Part shown: in pieces, positions 36,401 to 49,254 of the stretch
Numbering within the stretch: the stretch's first letter is position 1
How the letters are laid out: each line of letters starts with the position of its first letter
Translations under genes and position numbers: made by a program
Notes under the pieces: generated by a model
What the model was told of the DNA's origin: nothing
Seen by the model: the letters and a program-made list of their open reading frames with translations, nothing else
Databases searched by the model: none
Origin: Basidiobolus meristosporus CBS 931.73
Lineage: Eukaryota; Fungi; Basidiobolomycota
DNA length: 64,000 bases
Direction of reading: 5' to 3'
Assembly (NCBI GenBank): GCA_002104905.1
Contig: MCFE01000214.1
Span: 63,081-127,080 of the forward strand

Positions 36401-39400
36401 TAAGTGATAATAGTTGAACTGTTGTTTATTCATAAAGAAGCTCAGTATTTATACCTTTGTAGAAGTTATAAAACTGTTACACTAAGTAAGGAGAGCTTCT
36501 CAACACTCAGGAGCATTCTGTAGCAGTTTCAGGGTTAGTACATAATGTTTAGTAATAGAGCTAAATTGATCCTGACAATAAGGAATTAATCATAGGATCA
36601 TAGATCTGAAGAAAGTGGCAAAGTTACAGCTGTAAATTAGTGCCACAGTGACCAATACTAGTCCAGAGTTGTCAAGTAAATTTTTAGCTGCTGAATGATA
36701 CAAAATAGGCCAATATTTCAACACCCCCCCTCAACTAAATAATTTCATAATCCCAATTCCTCCCTAAGATTCTCAAATTGTGGCCTAGATAGTGGTATTG
36801 TCAATATATCTGCCAACATTTTGTTAGTTTGGCAGTACACTAGCTCTACTAAGTTATTTTCTACAGCTTCCCTCACAAAGTAATGCTGTGTATCAATGTG
36901 CTTAGTTCTAGCATAATTAGTAGGATTTCTAGCTAATGAAATACAACTTTGATTACCCCTGCCAATATATGTTGCTTCATCTGAATTAAATCCCAAGTCT
37001 TTGAATAGCTTTTGTAACCATATAGCCTCCTTACTTGCTTGACATGCAGCCATATATTCAGCTTCAGCTGTAGATAGAGCCACAGTTGGTTGTTTCTTGC
37101 AATTTCAAGTAATAGCTGCACCAGCATAAAGAAATACATATCCTGTGGTAGAGCATTTGTCAATCAGATCCCTACCCCAATCTCAATCACTATAGCCATC
37201 AAACTTTTGCCTATTAGCTGCTCCAGAGTATTCAGGTACCATATTTATGGTACCTTGTAGATATTTCAAGATCTGTTTAACTACTGCTACTTGATCTGAT
37301 CCATGATTCTGCATGAATTGACTGACTACTCCAGCCACCACTGTAACATCTGGATGTGTAGAGACCATCAAGTACACTATACAACTAACCAATAATTGAT
37401 AGGGAAAATATTGGTCAATATTTGAGCTGTTTTCATCTATAACTGGCTGAGATTTGCTTAATTTCAGGTTGCTGCCCACTGGGGTGGCTGCATGCTTGCA
37501 ATTTTACATTTTGAAGCGTCTAAGAATGTCCCTGATGTACTTAGACTGATTCAGCACATGTATCTGTGTAGGTAGGTCTATTTTGACTTTGATTTCAAGA
37601 AAATAGCTCAATTTTCCAAGATCTTTCATCTCAGACTTGCGGAACAAATCCGATTTTGTCTGTTTAAGTGCCTCTTAGTCACTTATAGCTATGATTAGAT
37701 CATCCTCATAAAGAACTAGGATGATCACACCCTATTTGAGCTGTTTCACAATTATACTGTGATCTGCAGTGCTACAAGAGAACCCAATTCCCTCTAAATA
37801 TGTGTCAATTTTGTTATACCATGCTCTAGGTGTCTGCTAAAGCCCATACAACAATTTTCTAAGCTTCACACCTTATGGAGGTCTTTTTGATTGGTAAAAC
37901 CTTCTGGTTGCTTCATATATATAGTTTCTTGCAAATCCCCATTTAGAAAGGCTGTTTTGACGTCCATTTGGTGTAGATCTAGACTGTGTACATCTTCCAG
38001 GGCTAGAGCTGTCCTAACAGAGTTAAACTTGGCAACCAGAGCAAATGTTTCCTTTTAGTCTGGTCCCTGGATCTGGGAATAGTACACAGCAACCAATCTA
38101 GCCTTATACTTATCAACAGCACCATTTTAGGTTATCTTGATCTTGTAGACCCAGATTCTGAGCTTTGGCACATAAGGCAAGATAAGCTTCTTCATGATCA
38201 TTAGATGTCTGAGAACAGGATCTAGGGGCACTTCTTATTCTGGTAAATCTCCTAACTGAGATAATCTGCTCTGATCTGGAACTGGTAGAATTATCTTCCA
38301 TATCTGGCTGAATCAGGTAAATATCTTCTTTGTTAGTGGTGATTGCATCATCAGGTAGCTGGCCATTGATTTCAGTGGCTTTGTAACCTGAATCCTCCTC
38401 AAATACATTATCCCTGATCTTGATCAGCTTCTGAATTTTGCCATCATACACTCTATACCCTTTAATATCTTCATAATACCCAAGAAAGATCCCTTTCCTA
38501 CTCTTTGGTTCCCACTTTGAGCATTTGTTGCAGGGATGTCATAAAAACCATCACTACCAATAATCATGAGGTGCTGGAGATCTGGTCTTTTGCCTGTATA
38601 TGCTTCAAAGGGTGTAGATTCATGTAGTGCCATTGCTGGGCATTTGTTTTTGATGTAGACTGTGGTAACAACAGATTCAGCCCACAGCTTGTAGTCCATT
38701 CCCTGACAACATAGAATGGATCTTCCCATCTCTACTATTGTTCTACTTGCACATTCTGCTACTCCATTTTGTTGTGGAGTATGAGGAACTGTGGTCTGTT
38801 GAAGTATACCAGTATATGAGCAGTATTTTGCAAACTCTTTTGAACAGTATTCTCCTCAATTGTCACTTTGTAGTACCTTCAATATACACCCAGTTTGTGT
38901 TTCTGCCATGTTCTTGAAGTGCTTAAGCATCTCTGAAGCCTCATCCTTTGTTCTGAGAAAGTGAACACATGTATATCCTGTTGTGTCATCAATAAAGTCA
39001 TAAAGTATCTATTGGCTCCAAAGGAAAGTGTTCTCATGGGGCCATATATGTCTGTGTGTTCAATAGCTAATCTTTTGGTGGTATTGAGGCCTTCTGAGCT
39101 CTTGAAACATTGCCTAGCTTGTTTGCAATATGAATATCCCTTGCAAACATTCAACTTCATTGGAATTGAGCATATTAGGCCCAAAACAAGCTGATTTTTC
39201 ATCAATTAGCCCATTCTCTGTTCCCCAATGTGTCCTAGCCTCCTATGCCACATCTATCTGTTGGTTTCAGCAGTTTCAGCAATGCAGACATACTCAGGTA
39301 TAATGATGTTGCATTATAACTTGCATATATTGTGATCTCTGATTCCCAAAGCTTATTATTGCCCATTTTCACTCAAAATTGAGCAGCTCATCTTAGAAGA

Positions 39401-42400
39401 AGCAAATTTCAGTCCCTGAGCAGTTGCTTTACTGACTGAGTAAGTTCTTAGCTATTCCAGGTACTGAGAGTACATCAGTCAGTCTTGCTATTGTTGCCCA
39501 TGAGCTATTGCTCATTTTTAGTTGTATAGACCTACTGGCAACAGCTTCCAGAGCAGAGTTATCTCCCAGATAAACCTTTCTTACAGGAATAGTCTTTAAG
39601 TTACTGAACTACTCCATTGTACCACAACAATGCTGTGATGCTCCAGAGTCTGTATACAAATCATTACTTTGGTTACTTGCATGCCCTTGTACAGTTGCAA
39701 ATAACTGTTCTTCAGTAGCTATATGGCTTGCCTGCTCTAGTTTCTCTTTTTTGTTGGCTTGTTTCTTCTTGCATTCTCTTGCCCAGTTTCCTGACTTTTC
39801 ACAGTAGTTACAGCAGCCAGGTTTTCTTTGGTTTTGTTGCTTTCCCTTCTTTTCTGAGTGCCTTTATGAACTGAATAAAGCATTATCTTCAATTTTCTCT
39901 GCTTGATCATTACGTCTGAGTTTCTCATGGAAAAGTCTTCATTTGACATAGTCTAAAGACAAATTATCTTCTCTGCTTTCAAAAGAAAGTATGAGTGGCT
40001 GACACTTGTCTGGTAGACTGCAAAGCCAACAGAGTACTTTTCCTTCATCATCTACACCAGCATTAATACTATAAAGCTCTTCTGCAAGTGTCTCCATTCT
40101 GGTAATGAGTTGTAGAATGTCATCATCTGGCTACTTCCTCATGTTGAAGAGTTTTTGCTGTAAATAAAGCTTGCTTGATACTGACTTGGCTCTAATTGTC
40201 TTCTCTAAAGATCCTGATGCTGCTTTGGCAGTATTTGAGGCATGGATTTGCCCAATGAAGAAATCTTGCACATTGATACATATGGCATTAATGGCCATTC
40301 TCTCCTTCTCTTGAAACTTCTCCACTTCTTCTGCTTTTTGTTTGGGCTCAACTTCTTTTCCTGTTGATATATTCTAAAGCATCCTTTCTTCAAGGTGGAT
40401 CTGCATCTTGATTCTCCAAAGTCTGTACTTCTTCCCATCAAATCTCTCCTTTACAGGGAAGATGTTTGCGTGGTTCTGTTTGCTGGTAGAAATTATCTTT
40501 AGGATAGATTACGGCAATCAGGGCTCATAACCTGTTGCAATTTAAGAAAAGATTTGGATATAAGGAACTTATCAAGAATAGTGATAATAGTTGAACTGTT
40601 GTTTATTCATAAAGAAGCTCAGTATTTATACCTTTGTAGAAGTAATACAGCTGTAACGCTAAGTCAGGAGGGTTTCTCAATATTCAGGAGCATTCTGTAA
40701 CAGTTTCAGGGTTAGTACATAATGTTTAGTAATAGTGCTAATTTGATCCTGACTATATGGGATTAATCATAAGATCATAGATCTGAAGAAAGTGGCAAAG
40801 TTACAGCTGTAAATTAGTGTCACAGTGACCAATACTAGTCCAGAATTGCTGAGTAAATTTTTAGCTGCCAAATGATACAAAATAGTCTAGTATTTCAACA
40901 AAGTCTTGGTCACTGTAGGACTAATGTGTAGCCCAAACTTTGCAACTTTCTTCAGATCTATGATCCTATGATTTTTCCCCATATGGTACTGGAATGCTCT
41001 GGAGCAGCTAATAGGCAAAATTTTGATGGCTATAGTGATTGAGATTGGGGTAGGGATCTGATTGACAAATGCTCTACCACAGGATATGTATTTATTTATG
41101 CTGGTGCAGCTATTACTTGAAATTGCAAGAAACAACCAACTGTGGCCCTATCTACAGCGGAAGTTGAATATATGGCTGCATGTCAAGCAAGTAAGGAGGC
41201 TATATGGTTACAAAAGCTATTCAAAGACTTAGGATTTAATTCAGATGAAGCAACATATATTGACAGGGATAATCAAAGTTGTATTTCATTAGCTAGAAAT
41301 CCTACTAATTATACAAGAACTAAGAACAATGATACACAGCATTACTTTGTGAGGGAAGCTGTAGAAATAACTTAGTAGAGCTAGTGTACCGCCAAACTAA
41401 CAAAATGGTGGCAGATATATTGACAAAACCACTATCTAGGCCACAATTTGAGAATCTTAGGGAGGAATTGGGATTATGAAATTATTTAGTTGAGGGGGGG
41501 TGTTGAAATATTGACCTATTTTGCATCATTCAGCAGCTAAAAATTTACTCAGCAATTCTGGACTAGTATTGGTTACTGTGACACTAATTTACAGCTGTAA
41601 CGTTGCCACTTTCTTCAGATCTATGATCTTATGATTAATCCCGTATAGTCAGGATCAAATTAGCACTATTACTAAACATTATGTACTAACCCTGAAACTG
41701 TTACAGAATGCGCCTGAATATTGAGAAACCCTCCTTACTTAGTGTTTCAGTTGTATTACTTCTACAAAGGTATAAATGCTGAGCTTCTTTATGAATAAAC
41801 AACAGTTCAACTTTTTTCACTATTCTTGATAAGTTGCTTATATCCAAATCACTTCTTAAATTGCAACAGACTAGTCCAGAACTGTCAAGTAGATTCCTAG
41901 CTGCTGATTGATACAAAATAATTCAGTATTTCAACACTTAGTCCATGAGGTCCATTCTTTCAATTTATCCAAGTAGACATCTATACTCATTGATGTATTC
42001 TTGAACCATACCTTTCTGTGTGAGTGTCATCATCTTTCTTCTTAGTAGTGTCTACTGGTGTGGGGGTTCAAAAGCATCCTGAATTCTTGACACAAACCTA
42101 TCCCATGTAGAGATTGTAGAGCACCAATCATGGTGGCTGACCTGATCTTGTTGTGGTAACACTATAGAGCTGCATCTGCAAAGAGGCTGCACAATGCAAC
42201 TTGCTCTCTGAGGCAGTTCCTGTAGCTTCAAAAGCTTCTTCAATCTGAAAGAGCCAAGTTTCCAGATTCTCATTGAATTTATCATGATACTGGTTGACCC
42301 ACACACTAAAGTTGTTCTTGCCAGGGCTTTCCTGGCTCTGGGCATTGGTAGTCATTCCCTGTTGCTGCTGGCTGAGGATCTGGATTAGCTGATGCTGTTG

Positions 42401-42859
42401 GGCCTGGATTTACTGCATAGCATCTTTCAACTCTTGATTTTCTAACATGTTAAGGGAAGCTTCTTCTTTCCTCAGGAGAGAGGTTTCTGGTAGTTGCTGC
42501 TACCAATGTTACCAGTCTTGATATAAGAGTTGTAGAGGAATAGGGATTCAGTTAGCATTGTAGTCACTAAAACTTGAACTGATTTTTATTAAGATTCCAG
42601 CAGATCCTTATATACATTTTGCCAGATCAATTGCTGATTAATTGAATTTCCTAATGTTTGTTGTGGCTGATGATTCATTTGATTGCAGTACATGTTTCTT
42701 ACTATATATATTTTGATCTGATTAGGATCTGCTGATTCATTTGCTGGCTAGCACCACTCCTTTAATAAATAGCATTACTCTACTGATAGGCTTGCATAGA
42801 ACTAATTGACTTGACTAGACACAGATTTAACTTGAATATTCAAGCAGTAGATCATAACA
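33420..42859 (-). mobile_element. Older decayed Gypsy of the same family (33420-36390 and 41937-42859), split by the Copia-B composite
   Basis: Colinear decayed homology to 29215-33050. 5' LTR at 42507-42859, PBS gctgctacca at 42496-42505. Gag resumes across the Copia insertion. Confidence 0.85.
36391..41936 (-). mobile_element. Copia family B composite (outer element plus nested same-family element, rearranged)
   Basis: Flanked by CTTAC/CTTAG (imperfect TSD). LTRs at 36391-36723, 40533-40900 and 41501-41868 (+), with fragments at 40906-40973 and 41869-41936. PBS GGTTATGAGCCCTG (40519-40532, minus strand). PPT AGTTGAGGGGGGG. Decayed copia pol motifs (ALSTAEAEYMAA, TKHIDTQH). Confidence 0.9.
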
Positions 42860-43389
42860 GTGGTAGGGGTCTAAGGCCAGTTAGTGTAGCAAAGTGACTA
42901 CCAATTCAGCACTGCAAGTTTTGATGGATATGGGATGGTCATAGCACAAATCACATAGTTGTGACTAAGACAACACAAGATTTGTTGACCAAACTTTTAG
43001 TAGCAGAATGCTACCAAGTAGTATGATGTATCAACACTTCCATCAATAGTAATATTTGCCTAGTCCTTAAATTTTATTCAGAGTTCCATTTGCAACATAG
43101 CTGATGAATCCTGAGATACTTTATACTCATTTGTTGGCTGAGCAATACTCAACCTCTGCAAAGTAATTTTCTCTGAACATACTGATAGAGCAATGTTACA
43201 TGTTGATACTCTTAGTGAAAATGTGATTAACAAGGCTTGAAGAAATGAATGCAACTTAACTATAATTGTAAATATAGTTTGGCTTGCAAGTGTTGTAGCC
43301 CTAATGTCTGGATCATAATTGTAGCTATATTGCCTTTGTGGTTGCTTGACTAGTAGCAATCTACTGTGCTTCAGTTGTAGAGGGTGCAT

Positions 43390-43660
43390 GGTAGATTATT
43401 TCTGCACTTCCATATATTGCTACTCTGTCATACAAAAATACAACTAAATGAAAAATATCTTTCCTCAAGAAATCTCCTTCAATGCAATCTAAATCATCAA
43501 CCAGAAGTTGTTCAGGATATGATTAGTTGTTAGATAGTTGTCACCAAATATCCAATAGTCTGGGTGATGTCCCATCTTGCAGCATCCAGAAGTAACCCTT
43601 TCAGCTCAGACTTGTACAGCTCAATTGGGTCCATGGAATTCATTAAATTCACCTAAATAT
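43390..43660 (-). pseudogene. Unidentified gene relic with clustered in-frame TGA codons
   Basis: After a possible acceptor atatttag| the frame reads VNLMNSMDPIELYKSELKGLLLDAARWDITQTIGYLVTTI*QLIIS*TTSG**FRLH*RRFLEE. Confidence 0.3.
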
Positions 43661-46129
43661 GCAGACACTATCATGACATGTGACCCTGTGGGAAGAGATT
43701 TTAGTCAATATAGGTACAAACAATATGCTCAAGGAAGTTTGCCTAAAAGGGAGAATAAAAGAATGTATATGGAAAGTGCCAAAGGAAACTGTTCACCCAA
43801 GATTAGCAATACTCCTCCCACCAGCAAATATCAAAGTAATATTGAAAAAAAGATCAACCTGCAGGTGTTGAAAGATATGATACAAGTATTATATGCAACA
43901 AGAACTGCCTATGAAGAAATGTTTGCCAGAGCAGACATATTAATACAACTCACAATCAAAGAAAGACAAGACAAGTCATCTGCACCATTACGAAGTATAG
44001 AGATACTACCTAAGAAGATAGTGTACCACCTGAGAGGAGGTTTCTTGATCAGTAAATAGAAGGCTGCTGCATTAATCTCCATGTCCATACAGGACACATT
44101 CAGACATAATATGCAAGGAATTGACTGATGTGCCTGCACAAGTCCTCAAGAGCCCTCCTGCTTTGCTGCATACTTACCATTGATTGGCACCACAGTTGTT
44201 GAGGTATATGCAGACCTGGTACAAGCTGTTAGAGCATCAGAAGCAGAGCTCCTGGTGAAGGACTCCCCTGAGAAAGCTGCAAACATTTTGACTTCATTTC
44301 CAAGAAGGAACCATTCTGGAGAGGATAAGTGAGCAGATTAAATACACTGCCCAGTTGACCCATGCAACCCCCCCATGTTGCTGTGTTGCCACTGTCACAA
44401 TGGTTCACTATAGGACAACTCCGGAGTCAGTCTAAAGGCCAACTCCAAGAAATCAAAGAAACCACCTTGGACTCTGAAAGAACCATAAGGCACGTGCAAA
44501 AATGCCTTGATTGCACCACAGTCTCCTCAGAAGAACTACAATATGCCTCCAAAGAAGCAAACACTTGTGATTGACAACAGATGATTGTCTACCAAGTCTA
44601 TGCCCTCTTCAAAAGAGCTCAAGGACAGGCCCCAACAATATTTGCAAGATAAAGACACAAGGCTTCATTGCATTATTGCATCTCTTCTTGTACTCCAATC
44701 CTCCCAAGGAACTCACACAGAACTCTATGGTTTTCCAATAGTTTAGCTCTGGGGAAAACATCCCTCAAACAACCCAAGCCACCCCTCAATCTGCTGCCAA
44801 ATGGTATCAGGTACATGTCAGCAATCCCCTTGCAAGTGACAACCAAGAATGGTACTATGGTGATTCCCCATGCTCTGTAAACAAAATCTACCCTAGAGAA
44901 GCAAGTTAGCCATAGAACTTCAAGGACAAATCTCCCTCTTAACCCCCAGGATATGTGAGCACTATAAGTAGTACCCACTCCTTGTCCAGAAGCTCCCCCA
45001 GAGTCCTACCAAAAGTCTGCCAGTATACTCCCTATGAGTCCCTCATACATCCTTCCTCCTATTCCTGTCCTTACCCAGTAGAACACTTACCATAACAGGA
45101 AGGTGCCCATGCCCCTATTTTATATCATATTGGCTACCACTTAGGCCTCTCTCAGTGAGATATATATGTAGGCAATAGAGGCAAGTTGAAAGGGAAAAGG
45201 TTTTGATGTAATAAGCATAAATTTTTAATACATTGCTACCTTCTAGTGGAAGCTATTCTGAAGGAAGTGGTACTGACTTGACCTACAAACTCTCCCAGCT
45301 ATTAAGTTCAGTCAGTAATAGCCCACACAGAGGACTTTCAAATCAAGGTTCAGTTGGAATCATAGCCCAGGAATGTCCCAGAAGTGGCATTGTGGTATTA
45401 AACACTGGGGGATCCAACTGGACCAGAAATAGCTTAGCCTGTGCCTATTCATTCCATATTGATGTACCCCTGAATGTTAAAGAGGCTTTGGATAGTCCTC
45501 ACCATGGGTTTTAACTATCTGCATTGACAGAGGAGTATTAGCCCCTGATTGATTATCACACTGGGTTTTGTCAGTTGTATGCAGATGGGTTGGCAAGACA
45601 GAATATAAGGCTGATGGCTTCATTGAGTAATACTCAGCCAGGATTGTGGCCAAAGCATACTCTAATACCAAAGGGCTGAACTATACTGAGACCGTTTCAC
45701 TTGCACTAAGTTTGATTTTATCAGACTAATATGGACAATTGCAGCCAAGTATTTGTTGAAATAATTAGGAGTCCACTTATTATCATCAAGTAGAGATTAG
45801 CCCAATTGGACCATTTGGAATGATTATATTTTAATTATCTTGACCTCATAGCAAGGATAGGCAAAGTTGAAACAAAGTTTATGAAATCTCTCTGGTATGC
45901 ACTTTGTGCTGGTATTTTGATTTTTTCAAAATGGTTGCAAATACTTTGTCTTATGTTGCCTTTACTGAAGCAACTATTGGCAAATTTTAAGCAGACCAAA
46001 TGGTCTTACACTTCATTGATGAACAACATGTATGGCTTTAAGCAATTATATTTCAAACATTGAATAGCCAATCCTACTAACTGCAAAGAATTATTGAGCA
46101 TTATTTGTTTTTTCATATGCCACCTTCAA

Positions 46130-49100
46130 GTGCCTGGTATAGCAGTCATCACACATTTGGTGGCCAGGGTTGCAACTGCATGGAAACTTGACCTTAGTGC
46201 CTGTAACATGGGAAGCAGTACAAGTTTTGCAAGCTAATCTTGGTGCTTTGAGCCATAACCTTTACTCATTGACAGGTAAGTGTGATTTTTATCACTTCTG
46301 AGTTGCCTCTGACTACCTAAGGGCCCCTTGATGCCTGAACCAGCCAAATTCTTACAATATTGCAAGAAATTGTATGATAAAATATCCTTGAACAAGAAAT
46401 GAGATATGCCATGCTTTTGATAAGAAAATGTACAATAAGAGCTATAGGCATTGGCTTCACAAATATGCAGGATGAAGCTGTTGAAACACATCTCCCATCT
46501 TTCTGTAGATATAACATCATGCTAAGATGTCAAATTATCTCAAAGGTTATTAGCAGCATCAACCAAACCTACAAATATTGTAAATGGAGCACATGTTGAT
46601 TTCTGAGGACAGGATTCTACTTACTTTTATGGTTCTCATAATCTTCAACCACTTCTGATTGCTGAATGGTTACCACTTCACCATTGTCCCCTACAAAAGT
46701 TCTCCGTCCAGTAAAGCCTTGTGGTGATGCAAGAAGAAATATATGCTTTGATCTTGTAATCATGGTAGGCGCAGACAAAGATTCTCCTGCTCCTTGTTGT
46801 CTTGTTTGTAGTAAAGTGAGCACCATACAAGCTGCCAACACTGGCAACAATATCAGTGGTGGGCCTACCACATGGCCAGTAGCAGCATTTAGTCACTTGC
46901 ATAATGGAATACAGACCAAGTTCAGCCAGCATCATTGACATATTTGGGGATCTAAACCAAGTGTCAGCAATAATTGTAAGGCCAGTACCAAACCAAGGCT
47001 TTACTAATTGCTTGACAGTGGAAGTCAACTTGGACATACCAGGATCATTGTCATATTCCCTCTGTAACCAATCTCTCACTGTATCTATTCTCAGGATACA
47101 AGCAGTGTGATGGTGTGCTAAAGTCTTGAACTCCTGTCTGATGGGATGCAGTGTAGTGGGGTCACAGTGACACCCACAGTCAGATGTGCTCATTCCCATA
47201 TGTTCACTTCCCTAAAAAGGATTACCCCCCCCTATATTAGTATCATCCCAAATTGCAATATTTTCTATCTGTCTATGTGATTATTACTATGAAACCTGGC
47301 AAACTATTTGTCACTGTTAACCCATTGCACAAGCAATTCCTATTCCTTACCAAGATGCCAAGATAAGATAGTTACCATATAAGGCAAGTGCCCCCAACAG
47401 TGCCTATATCATGTGACCATCCTGGTTTCATAACCCTTCTATCCCACTACCATATGAGGTAACTACATGACACAGTGGTTTCATATTACCACTATCTGAT
47501 TGGCTAGGTGCTACTATGTCTTATGGAACAATCTGCCAAGAATTTGAGCTATTTTTGGTACACAATGACATGATTGGCTGTCTACTACCTTCTGGAAACT
47601 TCTGGAAAGTATTTTCTAGAAAGAATTTGAGCAGCAAAGAAGTATATAAGGGAGGCTATCCCTTAAAATAAATCATCCCTCTTCCAATATTCTGACTTAT
47701 TGATTAGTGAGATCACTGCTGCCTATTACCACTACTTTCTGACTCAGACCTGACAATACTCCCAGGAAACCACGCTGACAGCCAACTGACCTTGGAGGCA
47801 CTACTTGTGAGGAATACTCAGAGTAGGTATATTTTATTATATTTAATTGTTTTCCCAAGTTTGTTCTTGTACAGGCAAAGATACTTTTCAGTCTTTGTAA
47901 CTATTGGTCAAAGCTGCATTCTTATCAAGTCCCTCTTGGTGGAGTTTACAGTTGTTTTGACTTTGGAAGCTTTAGTACACTGTCATCTCAAAGGATGTTG
48001 AAGCCATTATAAACTTTTGTTAAGACACCAACTAAGTTGGGAATTGTAGTTCAATAGTTTTCCCTTGACAAGCTTGAGGCTTTATCCCCTTCACATTAGA
48101 TTAGACAAAAGACCCAGTATTCCTAGCAAGCTTTTGTCAGAGGTTATTGCACCCAACAAACACCCCACACACATTCACACTTGAGAAGTGTTGAATGTAT
48201 ATCTCCCTTGGACTTATACACCACCACACCAGAAAGCATACAATATATACCCAACAGTGGATACAGGTAGCTGACCAGGTTGAACAGTAATTTAGAACCA
48301 ACGGCTTCCTTAGGACTTTCTTAACATTGGGCAAACCAGCTCCTAACCATTAATTCATTGATTTGTCAATAGCTAAATACTTGCAGGGCTCTAAACAAGC
48401 TTCATGTGTTCATTAGAGGTGTCAATAGTTGATCTAATTTGATAAAGAGCATTGATTTCTTGATGTTCTCAGAAAGAGATTTTCAGAACGTGTGTTTTCA
48501 GAATCTCTTTAAATCTTCTATACAACATATATTCCATAGAGTCAATGTTCATTAAGAAATGAGAAGAGCCTTGCTTCCAGTAAGCTTTTTTGTTGGAATG
48601 ACTGATAACTGTTATTATAGTTATTAATGCAATCCACATCATGTACTTGGCAAATGTAATGTCCGTCCAGGGGCCAATGCTAGTTGCATAAGCATTAATC
48701 CTCCATACAATAGTGCAGAAGTGATCTAAAGGATGGAAGAACAAGAAATAATCCAGTGATGAGGCATTTCCAGCATTTTTCATATATAACCAAGCTTTCA
48801 GGGAGGTAAGACCATCAGCTGGCCCACTTGTACTGGAATCAATATGTACCTGCCCAGTTATCCAGGTGTCTGCTGCAGTAAGGTCAATTTCATCTTCCTC
48901 CTGCTCTTCTTCTTGGATTGCATCCTTCAATAGGTCTTCAGTGACAATACTCTTAATAGTATTAGCAGTTGCAGGTTCAATGTTTCCCAAGGTATCAATA
49001 CTGTTACCCTTAATATACTTTAAACAGTTTTGTGAAAGAGTCAATATAATCCCTGGTACCAGATCCAAAATGACATCATATTTCACATTGCCATTGACTG

Positions 49101-49254
49101 TTGAGCGTGCAGTGGTAACTCCCTTGAAGCTCAAACCAGGTGTATTCCAGTCAAAATGCAGAGATAAAAGTTGTTTAACTTCCTTATGTTTGATAAATTG
49201 CTTGGATACTGATACATGCACATTAACATCAAGATATTTACTGGCAGGAGGCAT
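46130..49254 (-). pseudogene. piggyBac (DDE_Tnp_1_7-like) transposase in pieces (49254-48301 and 47151-46130)
   Basis: SSLDYFLFF...INAYA...YW...MLYRRFKEI; MPNVKKVLRKP|HPIRQEFKTLA; VKQLVKPWFGTGLTIIADTWF; VDAANNL; Cys-rich C-terminal remnant. Confidence 0.8.
47152..48300 (+). mobile_element. LTR Y copy (47152-48228) plus a 72-bp extension, inserted in the piggyBac KP|HP codons
   Basis: Starts TGTAGTGGGGTCACAGTGACACCCAC, with TATATAAGGG and AATAAA. Flanks GCAG and ACGG form an imperfect 4-bp TSD. Confidence 0.75.

Noticed and set aside
28140-42859. Pairing LTR 28140-28507 with 33052-33419 or 42507-42859 as one insertion
   Set aside because: The flanks do not form a TSD (TACG versus TAGT or GTGG) and the LTR is visibly diverged from both. 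The pairing is unproven.
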